A stretch of 63,716 bases of DNA, the filler included, from Choristocarpus tenellus KU-1152 (taxonomy: Eukaryota; Protista; Phaeophyceae): the NCBI GenBank assembly GCA_964200185.2. It is 11 parts of 11 records of this genome, joined end to end, with 100 filler letters (N's around TTAATTAATTAA, not from the genome) between each part and the next. Parts side by side here need not be neighbours in the genome. Positions count along the whole stretch, not along the records: positions 44,336 to 56,800 come from CAXNAD020001828.1; positions 56,901 to 61,014 come from CAXNAD020016143.1; positions 61,115 to 63,716 come from CAXNAD020026375.1; 8 more parts are not named here. One strand, given 5' to 3'. The position numbers and the translations under genes were made by a program. Below the pieces are notes generated by a model that had not been told where the DNA came from, ran no database searches, and saw only the letters and a list, made by a program, of their open reading frames with translations. How positions within the stretch are numbered: the first letter of the stretch is position 1; each line of letters starts with the position of its first letter. This document shows positions 54,401 to 63,716 of this stretch, piece by piece.

Positions 54401-56800
54401 ACCCCTAACTTTCGACTGTTTCCTCAAAGTTTTTTTTTATTGTTGACAAGCCTAACTCATCCACATCTAGAGCTATAGCATGGGCACAAGACTCATGCAT
54501 GTTGTTCCCAGGCTGAATAATTGACCCAAGACAACTCCGTTCTCATGAACTCACCTGCTCCTGCAGCCCTGCAACAAGTTCCCTCTCCTTCGTCAGCTGG
54601 GCATCCTTCTCAACAAGCTCATCGGTCAGGTCCAGCCCCTCCTTGGAAAGACTCTCATATTCCTCCAGCGCAGAAGCCAGATCGTCTTGGGCAGCCCCCA
54701 AGCGCTTCTCAAGGCTCTCAATGGCAGCATCCTTCTCATTGACAAGTACCCTAACTGCCTCCACCTCCTCATCTGCCACTTTTGTGGCCTCACCTGCCTT
54801 TGTTACCTCTGCCACCGCTGACACCAGGTCCTCTTCCATCTTGCGCATGCGTTCTCCCTGCTCTAAGGCTGCCTGCCGCTCGCTCTCAAGCTCCAACCTA
54901 AGCGAAGACGCCTCCTCAGAGGCCTCTTCAGCCAAGGCTAATGCAGCGGTAAGCTCCCCCCTTGCCCCTGTGGCAATAGCTTCTGCCTCTGCAGCTCGTC
55001 GTTCCACCTCCCCCATGTGGGCCTCACTCTGCTCAGCAGCCTCAACCTCAGCCTCCAGCTCCAACCGGGCAGCAGATAGTTCTCCTCGAAGTTCCACAAG
55101 CTCTTCCCTGAGTTGCAACAACTCTTCCCCCTTTGCAGCAAGAGTAGTCTGTAGCGAAAGAACCTCTTCCATCCTGGTTTCATTAGCATTCTGTGCTGCC
55201 TCAGCATTATGGGCTGCCACCTTCTCAACCTCCAAAGCTGCAGTAAGCTCCGCAAGCTCTGTGTTGAGAATCTCAATCTTAGCTTCTGCCTTTTCTGCAC
55301 TTGTCTTGGCCTCAACAACCCTGAGCTCAGCCTCTGAAGCCCTTGCCTCAACCTCAGCAACAAGAGCCTCACTTGACCGCTGGGCTGCCTTACTGTTGTC
55401 CACTGCCAGCACCAGCTCTGCTATCCGCTCCTCAGCCTTAGTGGTAGCACCCCTTGTGTTAGCCAGCTCTTTCCTGAGATCTTGCTCAACCCTAACCCCT
55501 TGTGCCAAGGCAGCTTCCAGTTCAGACGCCCGGGCCTCCGCCACAGACTGGGCCTCAGTGAGAGCTTCCCTCTCTATAGTAACCTGGGCCTGAACCTGGG
55601 CCTCAACATCAGTGAGGTGCGAGATCATGGAATCTTTCTCTTCCACTGCAGAGGACATGACCTCCAGCTCCTTAGTCATTTGCAACACCCTTGACTTGAG
55701 CTCCTCAGCCTCATCTGCAATTGCTGCTACTGCATCACTTCTCTCGCCACTAGTGACAAGTGCTGCTGTAGATGCAGCCAACTTGGTGAGCAGCCCCTCC
55801 TTCTCTGCCTGCATGGCCTGTAACTCCTCAGTCAGCTGCTCATGTGCCTTACTGACCTCAGCGAGCCGGCCCATGAGCTCAGAGATCCTGGCATCACTCT
55901 CCTCTTCTGCTGCCTGAGCCTCAGAACGCCCTGCTTGAGCCGAGTCAGCTTCCGTTACGAGTTGTGCCTCCAGCTCCATCAGTCGACCCTCCTTCTCCTC
56001 AAGGGTAGCCTTTATGAGGATCAGCTCCTCTTCCTGCCTATTCTCTTCTTCAGCAGCAACCAGGCGCTCCTTGAGCTTGTCTGTTGTCTGAATAGTCTCT
56101 CGTTGGAGAGCGCTGAGCTCATCCTCCAGCCTCCCAACAGAGGCCTGCGATTCATCCAGGGCAGAGATGGAAGTCTGTAGCTCTTTATTGACCTCGCAGA
56201 GCTCTTCACTAACTGACTTGTGGGCCTGACAGGTCGTTTCCAACGTGCCCTGGAGTTGAGTTGCCTGATCCTCAAGAGCAGACACCTTCTCGGTTAGATT
56301 GACCACCTGTTCAATAGCCTCACCTTGTGAACCCCTTTCACCATCAAGTTCTTGCTGTAGAGCATTACACTTTTGGCAACTATCCTCCAGGCTGCCCTGT
56401 AGTTTCGTCACATGGACCTCAAGAGCAGACAACTCCTGGGTAAGCCTAGCTGCCTCCTCAACAACCTCACCCTGTGAACCCCTTGCACCATCAAGTTCTT
56501 CCTGCAGAACATCACGGGCTTGATAGGCGTCCTCCAGATTGTCCTGGAGCTCTGTCAGCCGAGCCTCAAGTGTAGACACTTCTTGGGTCAGCTTGTCCTT
56601 CTCCTCAACAGCATCACCCTTGGCCTCCTTCATACCTTCAAGCTGCTTCTGCAGAGCATTACGGGCTTGACAGGTCTCCTCAAGGCTGCCCCTGAGTTCA
56701 GTCACTTGAGCCTCAAGAGCAGACACCTCCTGGGTAAGCCTTGACTTCTCCTCAACAGCCTCACCTTGTGAACCCCTTTCACCATCAAGTTCTTCCTGCA
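48237..56800 (-). CDS. Giant coiled-coil protein (>1750 aa, 5'-truncated) with KEN box and C-terminal CaaX (CKQS)
   Basis: Exons 56800-54555, 53972-53394, 53017-52682, 52219-51788, 51226-50864, 50323-49334, 49018-48860 and 48413-48237, all phase 0 and GT-AG. E/A/L/K-rich heptads. Last exon AQTPLPGADKENIV...EGAPDCKQS*. Confidence 0.88.
56215..56800 (-). repeat. Coding tandem repeat, 147 bp / 49 aa (7 heptads), about 4 copies, truncated by contig end
   Basis: Units begin SALEAQVTEL, STLEARLTEL, SALEVHVTKL and SALEDQATQL at 49-aa spacing. Confidence 0.88.
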
Positions 56801-57381
56801 NNNNNNNNNNNNNNNNNNNNNNNNNNNNNNNNNNNNNNNNNNNNTTAATTAATTAANNNNNNNNNNNNNNNNNNNNNNNNNNNNNNNNNNNNNNNNNNNN
56901 CCCCAACCCCTTTATATATTGGAACCCCATTTGTCAGACCTTACTACAATCCATACATACCCCCCACTCCCCCCCCCCAAAAAAAGTCTCACCAACAACG
57001 CCCATGCAATCCTGTCAATCCTGTCAATCCTGTCAGGGGTGACTGTCCTTGGCCTCTCACACAACACCAAGTTTGATCCATGTTGGAATGGCCAATCCCC
57101 AAGAGTTTGAAGTCTTAAAAGAGTCTTGCAATCACAGCCCTCCTCTCAACAGAACTCAGGAAACCAACGCAAGCGAACCCTAACCCTACTGTATGATTCT
57201 AATACCTCTACTGTATGATTCAAACACCTCATGCCTGATCTTCACAACCCCTATCACAGGACAGAGGACAACCAACACTCTTCTCTCAACAGAACCACTC
57301 TCAAATTATTTTATTTCTTTAAATAGGCAAAAACCACTCTTGATTTAATAATAATACTACTAATAATAAAAATAATGATAA

Positions 57382-57422
<41 letters not shown>

Positions 57423-58490
57423 CAGGCGGTGATGCTGGGCTTGCTCAAAAGCTGACAATTCAAACTCCAATAGGAACGGTCAGTTACGTATGAGTAACCA
57501 AAAAATAAAAAAGATTAATCGCAAAATCACATGCTTAAGAACCATTATCACTCTTAAGAACCATTCATCTTATTGCGTCTTGTTGCGTCTTCTAGCAAAC
57601 AGGGAGGAGAGTGCAACACTACCTCAGACTGTGTCCTGACCCAACCTCTACTTAGACTTCCCGACAGCACTGCCATAGTGGTGGCGATTCACAGATGAAT
57701 GTAACCTGTCACACAGAACAAGAACCTAATACCCCAACAAGAAACACTTGAGAATAATAAATAAATACAATATTAAAAATAGTAATACTAATAAAATAAT
57801 AATAATAATAATAATAATAATGAGACTGAAATCGTAAACACATGCTGGGCATTGGCATACCCATTTCACACATTTTTTTCCTTCAAAAACAAACTTACAA
57901 AACATTGTAGATTAGACTCAAGACTCAGGGTTAGGGTCACACCCCAAATGCCGACATGAAAAAGGCATACCAAAAATAATAATAATAATAATTAAAAAAA
58001 GTAATCATCCTGTGCCATCACCCCAGGTACACCTCACAAAAAAATTACAAAATCACCATTCCATCTCCCCAGAGCTAACCCCCAACTCTAACCCTCCTTC
58101 TCATCCACTCCCAAGCGATTTTCAAAAGTCTTCCATCCAATCCACCATCCAATCCAGAAAACTTCCTATCGAAAACTTCCTATCGAAAATTTCCTATTTT
58201 CCAACAACTTCGAAACTGACAGTCACCAGAGTGGCATGATGCTGTATGTTCACCCCCAAAAACAGTACAAGCAAGCAGTTCCACCTAAAATACTGCTACC
58301 AGTTTTTTTCTTAGTCACAATGTACCACCGACTAAACCGAAAACCTATTCAGTAAAAATAATGGCACTAACGACCCCCACATCGCAGTATTTCCTCCACA
58401 CAAACAGCAGCCACACGCCATGCACCTGCTCTACGGCCTATGGGTAGGGAGTACGCACTCCGTTCAAACAACAGTCAAACAACACCTCAC

Positions 58491-58738
58491 CTTGACTGCC
58501 CGCCTTAGCTCATTCTTCACAGCAACATCCGACCCCATTCCCTTCTTGTCCAGCGCAAACAGCTGCTTCTTGACCTACATCGATTCGTCCCACGCAACCA
58601 ATTTTAAACATTTCAAAAAACACAATAAAAAATGGTACAAGATCTAGTGACACCAAAAAAGGTACAAGATCTCATGACACCGAAAAAGATAACAAAAAAT
58701 AATTGCAATAACAAAAAAAAATGAAATACCGCTCAGGA

Positions 58739-58787
<49 letters not shown>

Positions 58788-60227
58788 ACAAAGTTTTCAG
58801 CCTTCAAAGCAGAAGGCTAAGGCCCTAAGTGAAACAACTACTACAATCAACAACTTCACAGGCACACAACAGGGTTCAACCACACTACTGTGTGACTCAA
58901 CCGGAAAGCGAGCAAAAAAAGCATCTAACCCTAACCCTAACCCTAACCCTAACCCTAACACTACCCATCTCTACCTGCCAAGTCTCTACTCCACAAGCCA
59001 CCCACTACATTACACAGATGTGTTCACCTACTGCTTAACTCTAACCCTAACCCTATCAATTGGTGAGAATCAAACCACCATGCCTGTTTCTCCTTCAGAA
59101 CGAGAACTGCTTTTTTAAAAAAAAAAAAAAAATCGTCCTGAAGCACTGAACTATATTTCCGATTTATTGTAGAACCAAAAACAGCCAGAAAAAAAAATCT
59201 TCGGGATGACAATTTCGAGGCCAAATCGGAGATTCTATGCCAACAAGAGATAGCGGGGGTATCAACAGAACAGTATGACATTACAAGGTATACCACCAAT
59301 ATATATATATATATATATATATGTTAATACCGTTGCTGCTGACGGTATATACATTAAATCTTTATACCATCATCGATTCCTTCCACTCTGTATCACTGTA
59401 TTAGATCTCACAAAAAAAAGTACTTTGGAGTACTGGAAACCCATTTCCAGCCCAATCCCGACCTGGCTCTCCCCTCCCCCGATCAAAATCCCTTTCTTGT
59501 TCACGGTCACCGCCTTCCTTAAATATAGAACAATGGGCTGCTGATACCAAGAGCTCAAATTCATCTCTCAATATCTTTATCCACTACATTTCCGGAACAG
59601 TGAAATAAGAGCCCAAAAAACAACCCTGCATCAAAGAGGAAACATTGTTGGTATCACTCACTAGAGTAACGTCCAGTCACTCACATCGATATCATCACAA
59701 ACAGTTCCATCTCTTTGCATCATAATTACCATCTTGACATCATCACAAACAGTATCATATCTAAACATCATAATTACCACCTTGACATCATCACAAACAG
59801 TATCATATCTAAACATAATAATTACCATCTTGACATCATCACAAACAGTATCATATCTAAACATCATAATTACCATCTTGACATCATCACAAACAGTACC
59901 ATCTCTAAACACCATAACTACCACCTTGACAACAACCTCGAGGTAATCAATACTTCCCTTGACATCAACACAGCGTAAAATAAAAAACATCTTCCCATTT
60001 TTTTTTAATTTAAAAATACTAAGATATTAAGAACAAAAGCAAAAGAATCTAAGGTTCCAAAGATTACTACAACAGTTACATTCAGTTACAGACAGTTACA
60101 GACAGTTTCGACGTGTTTGTTCGATTCACCTCTTCTGCAGTGCCACTGTAGTTCCAGTCCCGGAATACCACATGCAGGTGTCCAAACTTGGGTCCTGCCT
60201 TCTCCTCCTCATCATCATCCTTGTCCC
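58491..60227 (-). CDS. Two exons of a guanylate-binding-protein (GBP/atlastin-like) GTPase domain
   Basis: 60227-60130 + 58574-58491 in phase: DKDDDEEEKAGPKFGHLHVVFRDWNYSGTAEEVKKQLFALDKKGMGSDVAVKNELRRAVK. Resembles the GBP G4 hhRD(F/W) motif and the following xNxIR helix. Confidence 0.6.
58925..58959. repeat. Interstitial (CCCTAA)n telomere-type repeat; also at 60309-60338, 60975-61002 and shorter tracts elsewhere
   Basis: 4-6 consecutive CCCTAA units at each site. Confidence 0.85.
59689..59928. repeat. 48-bp minisatellite, 5 copies, intronic
   Basis: Unit acatcatcacaaacagtatcatatctaaacatcataattaccatcttg starts at 59689, 59737, 59785, 59833 and 59881. Confidence 0.92.
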
Positions 60228-61114
60228 CTGAAAGGCAAGACTTACCACAGTTAGGTATTACCACCAATAGGCACAGAAAGTCTCATATCGTATGTGCAAA
60301 ACCCACACAACCCTAACCCTAACCCTAACCCTAACCCTCACAATCACTAGGAAATGCACACAACGGGAAGTGTCAAAGACACAAATCGCCAACCACAATC
60401 TGCACACATTGTGCCACACCCCAAGCGCTAGGGTTTAAAAAAAACTGCTCGAGAAAAAAAGAACAATAAAAATTATCAAACAAGCGTCGCCCAATCAACA
60501 GCCGACAAATCCAGACTGGCCCTGCATGCAAGAGCCTACCGAGTGACGAACCCACGATGATAAAAAAAAGACCCCCTAGACTCCTTAACAGACCTTTTCT
60601 TTTCTTTTCTTTTCTTTACTTTAAAAAAGGCGCTTTGGAGCTAGCTAACGTCTTCTTCCGCAAATAAAAAAAGAACAGATAGAGAAGAAAAAAAAAAATC
60701 CGTCTCTCTGACAAATCATGACGCATCCCCGAGAGGACCGGACCCACAACAATGCGCTCGGAAGGCACAGTACAAAAAAAATATATAGGTACGTAAAAAG
60801 AGATTGCACAAAAAAAAAAGGGGCTCCCCAATTTTTTTTTCATCTCACACGCACGCATCCATCCTCATTCGACGACAAAACGGTAGCGCCAATTCACGCC
60901 TCCACAGTTTAGGCAACGCCTTGGTCCGCGTCAGTTGAAGCGGTGCACCGCCTTTCAAGGCGTGCGGGCACACACCCTAACCCTAACCCTAACCCTAACC
61001 CTTAAGCTGAGCCTNNNNNNNNNNNNNNNNNNNNNNNNNNNNNNNNNNNNNNNNNNNNTTAATTAATTAANNNNNNNNNNNNNNNNNNNNNNNNNNNNNN
61101 NNNNNNNNNNNNNN

Positions 61115-61365
61115 GTATTCCGAATCTTACTCTGCATCTCCTTAAAATAATCACTTCTTCTGTAAGGTTAACCTATGTGTTACTAATATCGTATATAGTT
61201 TGCACTTGTCAGAACTCGAGAAACAATCTTCACACTGTATGTCTGTTACAAATATTCGTATTTCCTAAAACACGAGGAGAAAATGCTCGCGCTATTCGTG
61301 TGTAACAAACGCTCAAACTTTGTTGAAATACAAGAAGAAATGCTCACGCTATTCACCTGTAACAG
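61115..61365. repeat. Dispersed repeat, with a second decayed copy at ~63458-63600
   Basis: Shared blocks cgaatcttactctgcatct, tctgtaaggtta and ctcgcgctattcg..tgtaaca. Confidence 0.6.
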
Positions 61366-61580
61366 CTGAGCCAAGGGGGAAAGAAGAGGTTAACCTCCGT
61401 CACTTAGTGGCCACGTTAAGATGAATAGTCAAAACCAGATCTCCATGAAAAGAGGTCTGGCGTGGATGGTAATCCAGACCTGCAAAATCCACACAGGGAA
61501 AGTCTCCTAAGCCACTGAGTCACTACAATGCTCACACTTGGAATGATCAAGCTCTAACAACATGTGGAGATGTATGTTTT

Positions 61581-61837
61581 GAGTTAAAGTATCTTAGAGG
61601 GTACGAGTTTTTCCTTTTTTGTCCATTTGGGGCTTGACTTCCCACAGGTGGTTTATGACATTTTACCGACTCCGAAATGTTTCAGAGTAGGTAAAATGCA
61701 TACGCCATGAAAAGGTGTGTCCGAACAAGTATATTCACACTTCCTAACAAACACGATAGCCAAAATTACATCAAATCACAACATTGGATTCTGGCCTCCA
61801 AACGGATACCGCTCTACCCTCTAAGATACTTTGTCTC
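61581..61837 (+). mobile_element. 257-bp MITE (family B), TSD TTT
   Basis: Perfect 18-bp TIR core AAAGTATCTTAGAGGGTA / TACCCTCTAAGATACTTT, flanked by TTT on both sides. Confidence 0.9.
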
Positions 61838-62215
61838 TTTTGTGCCCACATATTTTTCCCATCATTGCTGTTAGTGAAGGTGATGTGGTGTGGATCAGAC
61901 GCATGATAGCCTCATGGTGACCTGGACTTGGTTTACGTAGTCAATGGGCGGATCCAGGAATTGTGCCTGATCTAACTGGGTACAGCCAATCATAGTTGGG
62001 TATTGAGGAACATGCTACTCTCATGGTCTCAACCCTCATCAAGCTTGGATTCAAGGTCCCTCTCTAACTCTTTTCCTGCACTACATCTCTAGTGGTTCTC
62101 ATCACTCCCCATCACATTCAAATTACCCATATTCATGTTGATACTCTTGTCGATCTCTGTAGGGTGTCTCTAGAGATAGTAGAGTCACGTCAAGTTGATG
62201 GACGAGAAGGAGTTT

Positions 62216-62474
62216 CAGTGAAAGTATCTTAGAGGGTACGAGTTTTGCCCTGTTTGTCCATTTGGGGCTTGGCTTCCCATGGGTTATTTTATGTCATTTT
62301 GGTACTCCAAAATGTTTCGGAGTAGGTAAAATGTGTACGTTATAAAAATATGTGTCCAGAACATGGATATTGACACTTCCTAACAAACATGATGGCCAAA
62401 ATTACATCACAATTGCAACATTGGATTTTGTCCCACAAATGGACGCTACTCTACCCTCTAAGATACTTTGGCTC
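62216..62474 (+). mobile_element. 259-bp MITE (family B), second copy
   Basis: Same TIR core and colinear internal similarity with 61581-61837. No TSD seen. Confidence 0.88.
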
Positions 62475-62479
62475 ATGCA

Positions 62480-62720
62480 CTCGTTTTCACAGTCCTCATT
62501 TTGTGCAAATGAATTCCTCACTGTCAGTTGGACCCCTTGACTTATCTTCCCATAATCTCCTTCGATAAAATGTACAAAGTACTCAAAGTACTCAGCAACT
62601 TCAAAGTAAGACTACCTACCTCGCCTTGCCTCCTGAAGTCCAATTACATCATATCCATTGGAATGGGTCCCTAGAAGCAGCTTATCCGTACGAGCCAATC
62701 CAATAGAGAGGTTGGCAGGT
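62480..62720 (-). mobile_element. LINE AP-endonuclease N-terminal remnant
   Basis: NGYDVIGLQEARRG..YFEVAEY matches the DVIGLQETRR motif. Confidence 0.55.
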
Positions 62721-63670
62721 TTGGATCCTTTTGCATTCTAACCCATCTTTCTGACCCTGCCAATACACTCTATTTCTTCCTGTGCACTATAGTGTGCGCA
62801 AAATCGTTGTTCCCCCTGTCCACACAAAGCGGCATCATAATCCAGCAAAGGCTCTCTCTGCAATTGTAGAAACTGATACACTTTTTCTCTTTCTTGTAAT
62901 CCTTAAAATATGCAACCCTCTCTACCTCTCAATCGGTTTGACTCTATCCGTATGCCCCACCCTGTTCACAACCCGCTGATTCTCCGTTCACCTTTGATCT
63001 GGTGCATACTTCCTTGGCAGCCTTGGTGCGCAAGAATAAATTACGTGTGTGCGGTTCAGTGTTGTTGGTGGTGGGTACCTGCGTGAATTTAGCAGATTCA
63101 AACCCCTTCTACGCCAGACTTTTTCTTGCGAAAATGTCACAGTGTGCCCCCCAGAACTCACTTCCACAGGATGTGTAACTTAAATCCAACGACCTTAAAA
63201 CGACGCTACGCGGGGGTCTACAGATGAGGACCACGTATGGTGTCAGTTGATGCTTAGCTCAGTCAATGTCTCGCTTTTCGCTTTATCAATAGAGGGCAAG
63301 GATCAAGGAACTGAGTCGTGTGGTCAACAACACAGCCTTTTATTTACACCATTCACCGTTTTTCTACAACCAAAGAGTTAAATGAAGTTTGCAAACTGCT
63401 GTGTAAATACTCCAATCATAAATTTTTATTATGCAATTTTCAGGAATTGACATCTATTCTGTAAGGTTATGCATGCATTTCGAATCTTACTCTGCATCTT
63501 CTATCAATTCAAAGTACCTATTTTATTAATTCTTACGTATTTATACTGTTCGCGCATTTTGGCACGCAGAAAGGATACTCGCGCTATTCGCCTGTAACAA
63601 AAATGTGATCTATTCCTTGCGGCAAGCATAATGGATTGTACACCTGTACTATCCCGCTTGTCCTATGCTA

Positions 63671-63716
63671 GGGTCAAAGTATCTGGGGGGGGGGGGTGGT
63701 TTGTGGGCGTCCGTTT
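63671..63716 (+). mobile_element. MITE family A-like terminus at window end
   Basis: GGGTCAAAGTATCTG-polyG...GGCGTCCGTTT. Confidence 0.7.

Noticed and set aside
54643-55917. Long plus-strand Ser/Ala-rich ORFs (316 aa and others)
   Set aside because: Antisense shadows of the Glu/Ala-rich coiled-coil exons.
59463-59540. Possible extra GBP exon (QPIVLYLRKAVTVNKKGILIG)
   Set aside because: The flanking exons already join in phase into a plausible GBP sequence without it.
59689-59928. CRISPR-like array
   Set aside because: Contiguous near-identical units with no unique spacers, in a eukaryotic intron, with no cas genes.

Overview
Eukaryotic nuclear DNA, most likely a brown alga or close photosynthetic stramenopile. 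This is inferred from intron-rich genes with signal peptide + ASAFAP-like plastid presequences, TTAGGG tracts and Ectocarpus-type LINEs. The window is 11 contigs joined by ten artificial 100-bp linkers (N44-TTAATTAATTAA-N44), so adjacency across linkers is unproven. Spliced genes I reconstructed: the 5' half of a fatty acid photodecarboxylase (FAP)-type GMC photoenzyme, the 3' half of ALAD/HemB, a complete plastid-type DJ-1, the 5' half of a phosphoglycolate-phosphatase-type HAD enzyme, a >1700-aa coiled-coil protein with 49-aa repeats, KEN box and C-terminal CaaX, two GBP-like GTPase exons, and several unidentified exon sets. Also present: tRNA-Leu(AAG) plus a decayed copy, decayed RTE and CRE-like LINEs, Gypsy and Tc1/mariner remnants, and an abundant MITE family with a 3-bp TSD and a GRSYCAAAGTATCT-type TIR. 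CpG is strongly depleted in gene bodies and TEs but enriched at gene 5' ends. I could not establish a new multi-gene system. The best leads are FAP, the farnesylated coiled-coil/GBP locus, the CpG landscape and the MITE family.
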